Shown in pieces: positions 47,595 to 57,712 of a DNA stretch of 64,000 bases; position 1 is the stretch's first letter; each line of letters opens with the position of its first letter. Below the pieces are notes generated by a model that was not told the origin of the DNA, did no database searches, and saw nothing but the letters and a program-made list of their open reading frames with translations. The DNA is from a virus. The position numbers were made by a program, and so were the translations under genes. The DNA is taken from IMG/VR virus record IMGVR_UViG_3300009514_000515, positions 1 to 64,000 of that record. One strand, 5' to 3'.

Positions 47595-47878
47595 GTGTCT
47601 CCTTCGATGAAAGGGGCCAATTCGGCCTCCACTGCCTCAACCTCTGCGACGGCGGCCTCGACCTTCTCTCGGTACGCCTTGTGAAGTTTAGCCAGGAACC
47701 CGTCGATGTTGTCGGGGTCGATGTTCTTCTCCCGGCACTTCTCGCGGAGCTGCTGCATGTTCTTGCGAGACTGCTCCAGAGCCCCAGTCTTGCGGTTCTT
47801 GATTGCCTGAAGCTCCTCGCGACGCTTGGCTGCCGCGTGAAGTCGGTCGTGTAAAGAACTATGTGCTGACGCTGCCAT
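47591..47878 (-). CDS. Small coiled-coil protein (possible third piece of SbcC)
   Basis: 95 aa, heptad K/E-rich. Confidence 0.6.
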   Translation of the reverse strand: MAASAHSSLHDRLHAAAKRREELQAIKNRKTGALEQSRKNMQQLREKCREKNIDPDNIDGFLAKLHKAYREKVEAAVAEVEAVEAELAPFIEGDT

Positions 47879-47908
47879 TCCTCTACCTCATACTGTCGGT
47901 CGGCGGAC

Positions 47909-48910
47909 CTACTTGAACCCGATGGTCTTGAATTCCCCACCCTCGATGTCCAGGGCAGGGTCCACCTTCTTACTCTTCGGTCTCCTCTTACGTCGATTGA
48001 TCTCTTTCTGGGCCTGACGTTGGGGACAATTGTCCTCCCAATCACAGAGCTTGCACATCGGAGGTGACGGTCTGGCCTCGAATTCCTGGCGGTCGATGCC
48101 GCGGCGGGCGTCGACCGCTCGCTGGGCCAGACCCCGGACATCTTTCTTGTCGTACTCGACCCACTCAACCCCTTGTTCGATCTCATCGGTGTCCGACCCT
48201 AGTCGCGTCCCGTAAGGGAACCGGTAGTAGACGAACCCCAGGCGGTCGGGAAGGACGCCATGGGACAGGTAGAGCAGAAGCGCGTACCAACGGAGCTGGT
48301 CAGGGCTGCTATAACGACCCTTGTACTTGCTGTTCTTGCCGTCGATGATAGTGATGCCCGTGGCGGGGCGTCCGGGCTTCTCGTCCCGACGAAGGATGAC
48401 GTCCGCGACACCTCCCACCGGGGTCTTGTCATCGACAAACCCCAGAAGACGGAACTCAGCTCGGACCCATTCTCCTAAAAGGTGGTGGGCCCGCATGGTC
48501 TTGAGATAGCCCAGGACGCCCTTGACGCAGGTCTCCAGCAGGTCACCAGGAGCAGGAGACTTGCGCCAGTCGATGAACGTGTCCTCGTCCGAAGTCTCCC
48601 GGTCAAACACCTTATTGGTCATATCCTTGAGCGTATTGGCCAGGTCTCGGGCATTCATCTCCCCTCGCTTGATGGCCTTCCACATCTCATTGTTGTAGAA
48701 AGCCTCGATGACCTCCTGGATGACCGTCCCCATGATCATGTGGTGCTCTGAGCGCCGCTCTGGGAGGGGCTTTGGACGTCCTACTCCACCTCCCTGATCG
48801 ACCCCAGGGATGCCGTATTTGAAGGCAAACTTCTGGGGACAGTCCTCGTACATGCTGAGAGAGGACCAGTAGAGGGCTTTGATCTTCTTCTTCGGTCTGG
48901 CCATGGTCAC
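47909..48910 (-). CDS. RecB/AddB/Cas4-like PD-(D/E)XK exonuclease
   Basis: SSLSMYEDCP, GVADVIL, IDGKN, QLRWY, CKLCDWEDNC. Confidence 0.88.
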   Translation of the reverse strand: MTMARPKKKIKALYWSSLSMYEDCPQKFAFKYGIPGVDQGGGVGRPKPLPERRSEHHMIMGTVIQEVIEAFYNNEMWKAIKRGEMNARDLANTLKDMTNKVFDRETSDEDTFIDWRKSPAPGDLLETCVKGVLGYLKTMRAHHLLGEWVRAEFRLLGFVDDKTPVGGVADVILRRDEKPGRPATGITIIDGKNSKYKGRYSSPDQLRWYALLLYLSHGVLPDRLGFVYYRFPYGTRLGSDTDEIEQGVEWVEYDKKDVRGLAQRAVDARRGIDRQEFEARPSPPMCKLCDWEDNCPQRQAQKEINRRKRRPKSKKVDPALDIEGGEFKTIGFK

Positions 48911-49881
48911 ACCGCCATCTCAAGGTAGCAGAGAGCCTTCTCCTTCACCGTCTGTGGAACTCCTGGCAACCCACGGACCTGGTCTTCAAGGGGGACCTTG
49001 ACACTACCGTCCAGACCACTCTCCATCCGTCGGACAAAGTCCTCGATGACCACGGAGCGCGCTTCCTGGCGTACCCGTCCTGCGATGTCAAACACCTCGT
49101 CCGACGGTTCCACGTCCAGGTCAAATCGAACGTATCGAACGCGGTCCTCGTCGAATGTGAGGACCACCGCTGCGGGAGAGCGGTCTATATGGTCCTCCGA
49201 GATCGAACCCCGGGTGAGACTGCCCACGTTCACCACGAACTTGGTCTCTCCCTTCGAGGACACCAGTTCCGTGACGCCCTGGTCCTTGTGCCAGTGCCCG
49301 AACATGAAAACATCAGCATCAAGGTCGGCCAGGTCACCGTGGCCGACGATGTCTTCTCCCTCGAACATGCTACCCCCGGCCTCGCTGGCCAGGACGTGGG
49401 CAACCACGACGAGGTAGTCCTCGTCGCCCTTGACGACTTTGAACCTCTCCATGTCGTAGGAGGTCCCGTGGTAGGGAACACCCACCACCCGGACCTTGAC
49501 TCCGCCCTTCTCGAACACGGCCTCGTGTTCGTCGTAGAGACGACGGAACACCCCCGCCTCAAACAGGACGCCCAAGGGCTGTTGAGGGAGCTTGGTGTAG
49601 TCTCCGTAGACACAATCGTGATTGCCGACGCAGGCGTAGACGGGGCAGGGATAGCTCTCATGGGCCTCGATGACTCGACGGACGAGGTGGTGCGTATTAC
49701 GGCTCGGGGACTTCACATGAAAGAAGTCCCCTCCGTCGAGGACGGCATCAGCCTGGACACGTCGAGCGATATTCTCGACCTGGCGTAGCTTGCCGAACAC
49801 CGTCTCTGCCCAGTCGTCCAGACGGGACTGGGGCGCTCTGTCGGCCAGGTGAACGTCAGTCCTCCACACCAAATTTATCAT
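48907..49881 (-). CDS. sbcD: SbcD/Mre11-like metallophosphoesterase nuclease
   Basis: DVH, GGDFF, GNHD, GHWH, NVGS. Confidence 0.88.
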   Translation of the reverse strand: MINLVWRTDVHLADRAPQSRLDDWAETVFGKLRQVENIARRVQADAVLDGGDFFHVKSPSRNTHHLVRRVIEAHESYPCPVYACVGNHDCVYGDYTKLPQQPLGVLFEAGVFRRLYDEHEAVFEKGGVKVRVVGVPYHGTSYDMERFKVVKGDEDYLVVVAHVLASEAGGSMFEGEDIVGHGDLADLDADVFMFGHWHKDQGVTELVSSKGETKFVVNVGSLTRGSISEDHIDRSPAAVVLTFDEDRVRYVRFDLDVEPSDEVFDIAGRVRQEARSVVIEDFVRRMESGLDGSVKVPLEDQVRGLPGVPQTVKEKALCYLEMAV

Positions 49882-51128
49882 CCCAAAACCCTCGCTTCGT
49901 GCCGGGGAACGGACCCACACACGGGACACTCCTCCAACCCTTCCAGTTCGTTCCCGATGAACTCGGTCAACCCCTCAATCTTCTGGTCCAACCCTTCGAT
50001 CTCAGACTCTAGGAAAATCACCTGGCCGGTGACCTTTATTAGTTCCTTGGCCAAACGAGCGACAACTTCGTGAGCCCTCTCGGCCTTGCGGGCTATCCTC
50101 TCATGATGGTCGTCACTGAGGTCGACCCCCTCGAATGCCTCCAAGGCCTCCTCATGGGAGAGAACCTCGTCTCGGAGGCTCTCAACCTCGGCGAAAATGG
50201 ACTCCCCTTCCTGAACCTGTCCCCAGAGTGCAGTCGCTTCGGCGAGAGACGAGATGGAGAGATCCACCTCGTCGACGCCGGACAATCTCTCGGCAACCCC
50301 CTTCTCATGATCGAACTGAGACTTGAGACGCTCAACAGAGCGAATCTCGGCCGCAACGTCAAGGGCATCCTGTATATTGGCGTCGGAGGGCATAACGACC
50401 GCCTCAACGCCCGATAGGTCAGCAATGATTTCGGCCTCCCGGTCGAGCTGGACCTGGATGCGTTCCAGCTCAGAGACACCACGGCGAATCCGTCTCGCCT
50501 TCTTGACCGTGGGACCCAGAGAGTCCATTCGAGTCTGAATGTCATCCAGAGCCTTGTAAGGCACCAACTCCTCAGCGAAGCGGGTTTGGTCCTTCAGCCG
50601 GACCTTCAGGGTGGAGTGGACCGATCTCAGGTCCTTCTCTGACGCCTTCAGGGCCTTGTTGATCCGGCCGACACGTTCGACGTCGGCAATGGCCTCAGCC
50701 AGGACGGACCCCGGCATATCTGGGGCCAGGAGGAACATGGTGTCCACGAACTGACGAGAGATTTGGGGCCACAAAGTGCGTGAGGCCGCCATGATAGGGT
50801 GAACCCCCAGGACGTCGACAACCTCCGGGGGGACTCCTTTGCCCACGTTCTCCATCCACTTGCCGCCGTTGACCTGATAGCGGTTGATCTTTTTGCCCTT
50901 CTCCCAGGTCACCGTCGAGTCGTCGTCGAAGCGCATCTCGACATGGGAGAACTCGGCTCCGTGGCGGACGAAGTCATGTCCTGGAGCGTTGCAACACAAT
51001 CCCCGAACGGCCCGGAAAAACGCCGACTTGCCGATATTGTTCCCTCCGGTGATAGAGGTCAGTCCGTCGACAACAAGGGTGGCGTCCTCGATGGACTGGA
51101 AGTTCTGAACGTGGATGGTGATGGGCAT
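49878..51128 (-). CDS. SbcC/Rad50 ATPase, N-terminal half ending at the zinc hook
   Basis: IHVQNFQS, Walker A GGNNIGKS, coiled coil, terminal CPVCG. Confidence 0.88.
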   Translation of the reverse strand: MPITIHVQNFQSIEDATLVVDGLTSITGGNNIGKSAFFRAVRGLCCNAPGHDFVRHGAEFSHVEMRFDDDSTVTWEKGKKINRYQVNGGKWMENVGKGVPPEVVDVLGVHPIMAASRTLWPQISRQFVDTMFLLAPDMPGSVLAEAIADVERVGRINKALKASEKDLRSVHSTLKVRLKDQTRFAEELVPYKALDDIQTRMDSLGPTVKKARRIRRGVSELERIQVQLDREAEIIADLSGVEAVVMPSDANIQDALDVAAEIRSVERLKSQFDHEKGVAERLSGVDEVDLSISSLAEATALWGQVQEGESIFAEVESLRDEVLSHEEALEAFEGVDLSDDHHERIARKAERAHEVVARLAKELIKVTGQVIFLESEIEGLDQKIEGLTEFIGNELEGLEECPVCGSVPRHEARVLG

Positions 51129-52441
51129 CAGTCGTCCTTGACCTGATTCTGGCCGTCGAGGATTTGAGCATCGATGTCGGCTGCGGAGAGGGAGGGCCCC
51201 TTGTACGCCATCCCCTCAGCGAGGAACATGTCCGCCCCGTCTCCCGTGGACATAAGGCGACGAGCATGAGCCAACATCTCCTCGCGACCTCCGGGGAGGT
51301 CGTTGATACCTTCAAGGAACTTGCCCAAGCCTTGTTTCCTGAACTCCTCTCCGTTCTGGCGAATCCAGGTGTACCAACTCCCACCCTGCTTCACGACGCC
51401 GCGATTCTCCAAGACGGTCGAAGCCGCGAGCACGGGGTCGAACCCGATACCCCTGATTAGAGGGACCTCAACCTCTCGGTTCTGCTGCATCGACACTTTG
51501 GATTTGCGGATTTGGACCTTGACCTTGTGGCCGATGGGGGTGCTCACATTCTTGCCGAGGACGGGGTTGTAGACCGAGTTGTTGATGAGACCCCCCTTGA
51601 ACACCCGCGACAGCTCGATACGCAGAGCCGCATAGAACTTCCAGGCGTTGCCTCCCTGGACGGTCTTCGACCCCATGCCGCTTCGCGTCTGAGAGATACC
51701 GATGAGCGCGGTGTTGCCGTCCGACAAGTAGCCGCAAATCTTCGGTAGGTAGAAGCTCCAGGCCGCCGCGACAGCACCTAGACGACCCCTCTCGCCGGCC
51801 TCGATCTCTTCGAGGGACTGGTCGGCAACAGTCTTGGGAACAGCCGCTCCCGCAGAGTCCAGAACAACAAGGTCCACTCCGTTATCGGCAGCAGCGATGA
51901 TAGCGGACACGCCCTCTTCCAGGGTCCGAGGTTGGAGAACCCCCCAGAGGTCCGGGTCGGTGACCGGAATGCCCAAGCTCTGGCAGTAGAGAAGGTCCAG
52001 GGCATGTTCGAAGTCCACGAAGAGGACACACCCACCCTGTTCAATCACGCCGGCAGCACAATGCAGCGCAAGGGTGGTCTTCCCCGAGCTGAAGTCCCCG
52101 TAGATGTTGGTTACCTTGCCCCTGGGAGGGCCAGGGCATTGGTTGAGTCCCTGGCGATTGTGTTCGCCGCCTATGACGAACTCGAAAAGGATGTTGTTTG
52201 TGGGGACGTGAGGCTTGACTGTCCTCAAGGAACGTTCGTCACAGGGGACGAAATTTTCCGTACTGGCGTTCTTCATTCCCCCCAGCAGCTTGCGAGTGCT
52301 CGCAAGGGCGGTGGTCTTTTTCTTGGGCTTGGGCTTCGACTTAGCCTTCGTCGCCTTCGTCGCCTTCGACTTGGTCGACTCTGTCTTCGTCGCCGCGGCT
52401 TTCGTGGCGGCCGCCTTCGTCTTCGCTTTCTTCGCTGCCAT
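51128..52441 (-). CDS. recA: RecA recombinase with Lys/Ala/Thr-rich N-terminal tail
   Basis: GDFSSGKTT, FVDFEHALD, VVLDS, ISQTR, GGNAWKFYA. Confidence 0.93.
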   Translation of the reverse strand: MAAKKAKTKAAATKAAATKTESTKSKATKATKAKSKPKPKKKTTALASTRKLLGGMKNASTENFVPCDERSLRTVKPHVPTNNILFEFVIGGEHNRQGLNQCPGPPRGKVTNIYGDFSSGKTTLALHCAAGVIEQGGCVLFVDFEHALDLLYCQSLGIPVTDPDLWGVLQPRTLEEGVSAIIAAADNGVDLVVLDSAGAAVPKTVADQSLEEIEAGERGRLGAVAAAWSFYLPKICGYLSDGNTALIGISQTRSGMGSKTVQGGNAWKFYAALRIELSRVFKGGLINNSVYNPVLGKNVSTPIGHKVKVQIRKSKVSMQQNREVEVPLIRGIGFDPVLAASTVLENRGVVKQGGSWYTWIRQNGEEFRKQGLGKFLEGINDLPGGREEMLAHARRLMSTGDGADMFLAEGMAYKGPSLSAADIDAQILDGQNQVKDD

Positions 52442-53093
52442 CTGTTGCTCCAAACTTCGACCACAGGAAGAACCTGTCGTCCTCTCTGTGGATGATGCCC
52501 GTCTTGATGACCTTCCCCTCAAACTTGCCCCTCACAGGGAGATGAATGGCGGTGAAGGTTTTGCGCTCGTATGGGGTCAGGTCCTCGATGCTCAGAGAGC
52601 CGTCGAACAACTCCCAGAATCGTCCGCCGAGAAGAGCGGCCATGTAGGCATCTGCCTCGTCCCCACTCCAGCGGGACTTGGAGGTGTCTGTGTCGAGGGC
52701 CGCCGCCTCCCTCATGTCCTCCTTCTCCATCTTCCATCCCTGGGGGCGCTTCAGCATTCGAAAGCCGAGTGCCTTGGTCTGGTTGTTGGCGAAGAACACG
52801 ACGTCCAGATGGGCGAGTAGGAGGGCCTCGCACGAGTAAAGGAAAAGACCGTAGAGGCCCTCCGACCAGAGATCGTTGAAGATGGGATACTCTATAGCCA
52901 CTCGGTCAGGGCTGTACTCGGCCACCAACCCGAGGAGACACGTCCGCATGTAGATGTAGCGACTGAGGAACAGTTCGTCCGCTTTCGTACGAAATCGGCC
53001 TCGGGCAGGACATCTTGCCCGGCCCGAGGCTTCCGTATCATGCAGCGCCCACCCGAACGCAGTCAGGGATGGGTCCAGGCCGAGGACGAGCAC
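52341..53093 (-). CDS. ruvC: RuvC-like Holliday junction resolvase
   Basis: LGLDPSLTAFG, AIE, DEADA. Confidence 0.85.
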   Translation of the reverse strand: MLVLGLDPSLTAFGWALHDTEASGRARCPARGRFRTKADELFLSRYIYMRTCLLGLVAEYSPDRVAIEYPIFNDLWSEGLYGLFLYSCEALLLAHLDVVFFANNQTKALGFRMLKRPQGWKMEKEDMREAAALDTDTSKSRWSGDEADAYMAALLGGRFWELFDGSLSIEDLTPYERKTFTAIHLPVRGKFEGKVIKTGIIHREDDRFFLWSKFGATDGSEESEDEGGRHESRGDEDRVDQVEGDEGDEG

Positions 53094-53094
53094 C

Positions 53095-53841
53095 TCACTC
53101 GTCCTCGGCGTCGTCCACCAGGTCGCCGAGCATGTTATCGAAGTCTTCCTCGTCCAGAGCGACCTCTCCGGGGCCGGAATCTCCCGTGAGCCCCTCAGAC
53201 TCCATGCCGAGCTTCTCGCGGAGGCGGTCGAGGCTCATGTCCGAGCCGATGAGCCAGTGGAGCTGCTTCGCGCAGTCCTTGATCTCTTCGAGAGCCTCGG
53301 CGAAACGCTTCCTCCCCTTGCTGCCCATCAGTGTGCGAAGCATGTTCTTCTTCACAGGAGTAAGGGTGATCTTCTGGTACTGGGTGTCCGTACAGGTCAC
53401 CTTCACGTCGCACTCGCCGAAGTGCCAGTCCAGGTGAAGATCCTTGAACTGGTTGAACTTCTTGTCTGAGAAGACGTAGGGCTCGACTGACCACTTTCCT
53501 TCGCGGACTGCTGTCTGGTCGAGCTGACCATTGCGGTCGAGTGGCCAGACCACGATCACTGTCGCGAATCGTTGCTTCGGACTTTCCCCGGCCAGCTTTG
53601 TGTACTCTGGGCCCTTGTTGATGACGTGACCCACATCTTCTATGTAGTTGGTGGCGTTCATCTCGATGCTCGGGGAAGCCTCGTCGAACTTGAGGACCTC
53701 GCGGCCGTCTTCCTCGACGATGGGCCAGAGGGCAAAGCTGATGCGGTACTTCTTGCTCTCCTCGAACTTGAACTTCTTGCGCTTGCCTTTGCTGACCTTC
53801 TCGTCACCAACTCCGAACCCGATGGTTTCGAACGTGCTCAT
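53095..53841 (-). CDS. Single-stranded DNA-binding protein (gp32-like)
   Basis: Aromatic-rich core, D.KV.CTD.QYQ segment and acidic C-terminal tail; located in the replication cluster. Confidence 0.6.
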   Translation of the reverse strand: MSTFETIGFGVGDEKVSKGKRKKFKFEESKKYRISFALWPIVEEDGREVLKFDEASPSIEMNATNYIEDVGHVINKGPEYTKLAGESPKQRFATVIVVWPLDRNGQLDQTAVREGKWSVEPYVFSDKKFNQFKDLHLDWHFGECDVKVTCTDTQYQKITLTPVKKNMLRTLMGSKGRKRFAEALEEIKDCAKQLHWLIGSDMSLDRLREKLGMESEGLTGDSGPGEVALDEEDFDNMLGDLVDDAEDE

Positions 53842-53910
53842 GTCTTCTTTCCTTGGTCTTGGGGCTAGTCAGGGACAGTAGGTTTGGTCTTGGACGCCCC
53901 GAAACTATCT

Positions 53911-53940
53911 TATACGACACCAGGTCCGGAAATGGACCCA
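53911..53940 (-). promoter_or_regulatory. Repeated phage promoter-like motif, copy 2 (upstream of SSB)
   Basis: TGGGTCCATTTCCGGACCTGGTGTCGTATA. Confidence 0.65.
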
Positions 53941-53941
53941 C

Positions 53942-54976
53942 TTAACTGAGAATACTTTCGTCCAGGGCGTCCCCACCGCCGTCCGCGTCGAACAGGAGGT
54001 CGACATCGACATCGTCATCGTCGTCATCGATCTCCTTCGCCACGATGTCGGAGAAGTCGATATCGAGGAAGTCATCGATCTCACCCTCGGAAGAGGTTCC
54101 AGCGAAAGCGACGTTCGGGTCCTGTTGGGACTCGGGCTGTGGCTTGGCAGACTCGATCTCCTGCGTGGCAGCGACAGGTTCGGGCTGTGGCTTGGCGTCG
54201 GGCTGTGGCTTGGCGTCGGACTGTGGCTTGGCGGACTCGGGCTCCTGGGCAGCGACAGGTTCGGGCTCCGGTTGAGGGACCGAAGGTGTCGCCTGAAGAT
54301 TCTCGCCGTCCTCGTCGTCCTGGACCCCAACCAACTCATCTCGGGGAGGAAGAGAGAGATCCACGCCGAGATCGTCCAACAGCTCGTCGACGCTGTCAAC
54401 CGCCATTGCTGCGGCCACCAGGTCGGGTTTGGGGTTCGTGTCGATTTCCGAGGGGGGCTTCTGAGAACCCCACCGGGCATTCAGAGAGACCTCCGTCTGG
54501 CAGAGCTTGATTTGGTCCCGGATGCCCGTGATGGTGGCCCCGAGGTCGCGCTTCTTCGTCTTGATGGCCTCCAGGACCATAATGACGTCCAGGACCGCAA
54601 GGTCCAGGGCGACCTTCTCGGCCAATTCATCCTGGAGCTTGTGATACGCCAAGGCCTCTCTCGCCTTCTGAGAGGAACCTGCCCTGACCAGGGGGTCTGT
54701 AGCCATGAGGCTCATCACTGCGACATCCAAGGAGGCTTCGGCAGCCCTCTGGGCGGCCTTCAGGTCATGAGCCACACGATGCACCCGGAGGAAGAACTCC
54801 TGAACCCGAGTCAGGTAGTTGCGGGCCTTCGCCATCTTCTCGTTGAGGCGCTTGGGTCCGTAGATCAGAGGATTTTCGTCGAGCTTGACCTCCATGACCA
54901 GCATCTCGTCGTAGATGAGCTGCATCGCCTCTGGCGTGATGCCCCTTATCGGCTTGGGCTGGTTCAACTCACTCAT
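53942..54976 (-). CDS. Helical protein with Pro/Gln repeats and acidic tail (possible recombination mediator)
   Basis: Coiled-coil N-terminus, AKPQ repeats, D-rich C-terminus. Confidence 0.6.
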   Translation of the reverse strand: MSELNQPKPIRGITPEAMQLIYDEMLVMEVKLDENPLIYGPKRLNEKMAKARNYLTRVQEFFLRVHRVAHDLKAAQRAAEASLDVAVMSLMATDPLVRAGSSQKAREALAYHKLQDELAEKVALDLAVLDVIMVLEAIKTKKRDLGATITGIRDQIKLCQTEVSLNARWGSQKPPSEIDTNPKPDLVAAAMAVDSVDELLDDLGVDLSLPPRDELVGVQDDEDGENLQATPSVPQPEPEPVAAQEPESAKPQSDAKPQPDAKPQPEPVAATQEIESAKPQPESQQDPNVAFAGTSSEGEIDDFLDIDFSDIVAKEIDDDDDDVDVDLLFDADGGGDALDESILS

Positions 54977-55292
54977 CCGTAGTGCCTCTGATGCTTGCGA
55001 CATGGGCCATCGCCAACGCGCCGTAGTTGTTCCGGGCAGACCGGACCTGGTCATGATAGTGCTGGTCGCTGATAAGGCCGCTCGCCCTGGCGTGAGTCAG
55101 GACACCGATCTCGACCTCGACCTGGGCAAGAACAGCCGCCAGTCGAGCCTCGTCCAAGGTCATTCCACCTTCCAGGGAAACCTCATACTCCAGCTCGACG
55201 GAACCTGACTGGTCCATCCTCTTGACCTTCAGAGACGTGACCTTCGCTGACGCCCGAATCCGATCTCGTATTTCTCTATCTGACTCTGACAT
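54969..55292 (-). CDS. Hypothetical protein
   Basis: 107-aa coupled ORF. Confidence 0.6.
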   Translation of the reverse strand: MSESDREIRDRIRASAKVTSLKVKRMDQSGSVELEYEVSLEGGMTLDEARLAAVLAQVEVEIGVLTHARASGLISDQHYHDQVRSARNNYGALAMAHVASIRGTTDE

Positions 55293-55297
55293 GTGCC

Positions 55298-57712
55298 TCA
55301 CGCTGGGGTAGGGACCGCAATCTCGCAGGCCGCCACATCGTCCTCAGAGAACGCCGCCACCAGTCTGTCCACGAACAGGGTGTTGCGAGTGTCCTCCTTG
55401 TTGTTCTCCACCGCCTTGGCGAGAGCCTTTCGGCTACCCACCAAGATGACCCGCTGACGTGCTCGCGTGATGGCCGTGTACAGGAGGTTACGTTGGAGCT
55501 GGCGCCCAAACCCCATAACCAGAGGCATCACAACCGTGTCGACCTCCAAACCCTGATACTTGTGGACCGTACAGGCGTAAGCAAGCCTCAGATGAGACGA
55601 GGCCTGTACCAAATTGAACGAAATATGGCGAGGAGGAGAATCCAGGACCTCGACGATGACCAGCTTGTGCTTGCGACTGATTCTTCGAATCTTACCCACA
55701 TCCCCGTTGTACACACCAAGGTCGTAGTTGTTCTTGACCACCATCACGCGATCACCCTCTCGGGCACTCTCGACGCCGACCTTCAGCTCCTGGACACCCT
55801 TGGAACGGGGGTTGAGGCGGGCCCTGATGTGGTTGTTGAGGTTGGTCACCCCAACCGTGCCGCCATGGCGAGGAGAGAGCACCTGGAACGTCGGGCCAAT
55901 GCCCTCACCCTTGTAGGCCTTCGCCTGCTTGTAGAGGCGCTCACAGACTTTCAGGATGGCGTTGAGCACCTTCTTGTCAGTCGACACGGGAGCCAAGGCG
56001 AAGTCGGTCCCGATGCTCGTAGCCGGGACCTCCCCTCGATAGATGGCATGAGCCGCATGGACAATGGCGCTGGTGTCCTCTTGGCGGAAAATCTTGGTTA
56101 AATTGACCGTCGGGAACGCCTCTGACTTGATAAGATCACGAAGGACGTTGCCTGGTCCTACTGAGGGAAGTTGGGCGGCATCTCCAATCATAACCAACCG
56201 GGTCGACAGCTTAGTGCCTGTCAGGATGCGCCACATCAGATGCTGGTCGACCATGCTGAACTCATCGACGATGACAACGTCAGCGGGGTGGGGGTTGTCT
56301 GGGCCAAACTCCCAGATCTCTCCTCGGCCGCCGTGGCCCACCTTCTTCGTGGCCGAACCAACGATGCCCTTGTAGGTCGACTTGCGGCCGTCGTCCTCCT
56401 TGCTCCCCCGGGCCCCGAAAGCCCGGTGAATGGTCGATGCCGGATGCTTCGAGACTGTTGCGAGACGCTTGGCCGCGATGCCTGTGGGGGCAACCATGAG
56501 AAAGGGCACTTGAATCGACTGGAGCAGCCGCACCAGGACCTTCATAGAGGTCGACTTCCCCGTCCCAGGCAGACCCGTCAAGATGCTGACAGGCTCCATC
56601 AGTGCATTGTAGAGTCCCTGGGCCTGCTTATCAGAGAGCTGGAACCCGGAGGAGTCTGCACACTCGTTGAGGGCCGTGTACACGATGTCATCATCTGACG
56701 CGTCTGAGTCCTCCACCACCGCTCTCGTCACCGGACCCACTCGGGCCAGGAGATCGACATCGTCCCCGTCGACGACCGCTTCCGCAATTCTCTGTCGGAG
56801 GAACAGGGAGGATTCCTCCTCTGTCCTGTGCATCCAGGGGTCGTAGATGGCCGTCATTCCCGTCCGAGTCTTGCGGTCCAGGACGATGTTCCCCCGTTGG
56901 TGTCCGTCCTTGATAGCCACTGCGATGGACTTGGGTCTCGTCCCTGGAAGGAGCTTGCCGACTTCAGTGAGAATCTGACCAGCTACGAGAAACATGTCCC
57001 CTTGTTGGCGGCCTCGACGTGTCGCGTGGACAACCGCAGCCACCCTCCGGTCGGAGTTATCCAGGTCGATGCCCATCTGTTTGGCGACGTTGTCGAGGTC
57101 GGCCCAAGGAATACCGTCGATATCGACCAGAGCCCAAGGGTTCTTGGTCAGAAGCTCCTCCGTCTCGTCCCCGAATGTCGCCCAAATCTCCCCCACCTTG
57201 TGGCGCGGGAGGTTCATGTTGTTAAGTGTCTCCAGGACCTTGAGGCGATTGATGACGGCCTTCCACCGGGTCACCAGAAACTCAGCTTCCAGAACACCGA
57301 CACCCAGGCCCTTCTTGATCTCATCCGTATCCTGGAGTGCCTTGAACAGACCCTCTCCAAACACCTTTGTCAGACGCCGAACGACCCGGTCGGGTAGTTG
57401 ACCATCGGAGGTGAGCATCTCCGAGATCACCTCGGGGGCGATATGGTCTCGAATGACCGGCGCCTTGGTGACTGAAATCTGCAAACCGTACTTGGGGTCG
57501 TTGATCCACTTGCCCTGGAACCCGAACCAAACCCCAGGCTTAATCTCGACCCCTGGGACATACCCCTTGACCACAACCTCCTTCCAGAGGAGAGCCTTCT
57601 CCTCATCCAGGTCGTCTGGAGGAGTCCCGTCGAGAGTCATCTTGACGATATTGAAACACTGGTCCTCGTTCTTGAAAAAGACCGCCAACACTCTGCCTGA
57701 AAAATAAGCCAT
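55298..57712 (-). CDS. recD2: RecD2-family SF1B helicase
   Basis: GKWINDPKYGLQ, NPW, GLPGTGKS, APTGIAA, VDEFSM, GDAAQLPSVGPG, IFRQ, TVHKYQG, YTAITRA. Confidence 0.95.
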   Translation of the reverse strand: MAYFSGRVLAVFFKNEDQCFNIVKMTLDGTPPDDLDEEKALLWKEVVVKGYVPGVEIKPGVWFGFQGKWINDPKYGLQISVTKAPVIRDHIAPEVISEMLTSDGQLPDRVVRRLTKVFGEGLFKALQDTDEIKKGLGVGVLEAEFLVTRWKAVINRLKVLETLNNMNLPRHKVGEIWATFGDETEELLTKNPWALVDIDGIPWADLDNVAKQMGIDLDNSDRRVAAVVHATRRGRQQGDMFLVAGQILTEVGKLLPGTRPKSIAVAIKDGHQRGNIVLDRKTRTGMTAIYDPWMHRTEEESSLFLRQRIAEAVVDGDDVDLLARVGPVTRAVVEDSDASDDDIVYTALNECADSSGFQLSDKQAQGLYNALMEPVSILTGLPGTGKSTSMKVLVRLLQSIQVPFLMVAPTGIAAKRLATVSKHPASTIHRAFGARGSKEDDGRKSTYKGIVGSATKKVGHGGRGEIWEFGPDNPHPADVVIVDEFSMVDQHLMWRILTGTKLSTRLVMIGDAAQLPSVGPGNVLRDLIKSEAFPTVNLTKIFRQEDTSAIVHAAHAIYRGEVPATSIGTDFALAPVSTDKKVLNAILKVCERLYKQAKAYKGEGIGPTFQVLSPRHGGTVGVTNLNNHIRARLNPRSKGVQELKVGVESAREGDRVMVVKNNYDLGVYNGDVGKIRRISRKHKLVIVEVLDSPPRHISFNLVQASSHLRLAYACTVHKYQGLEVDTVVMPLVMGFGRQLQRNLLYTAITRARQRVILVGSRKALAKAVENNKEDTRNTLFVDRLVAAFSEDDVAACEIAVPTPA

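Noticed and set aside
43672-52441. Long gene overlaps (primase/next gene 95 nt, ruvC/recA 101 nt) as a sign of stop-codon recoding
   Set aside because: All recognisable genes are intact in the standard code and TGA, TAG and TAA all terminate genes; overlaps are expected at high GC
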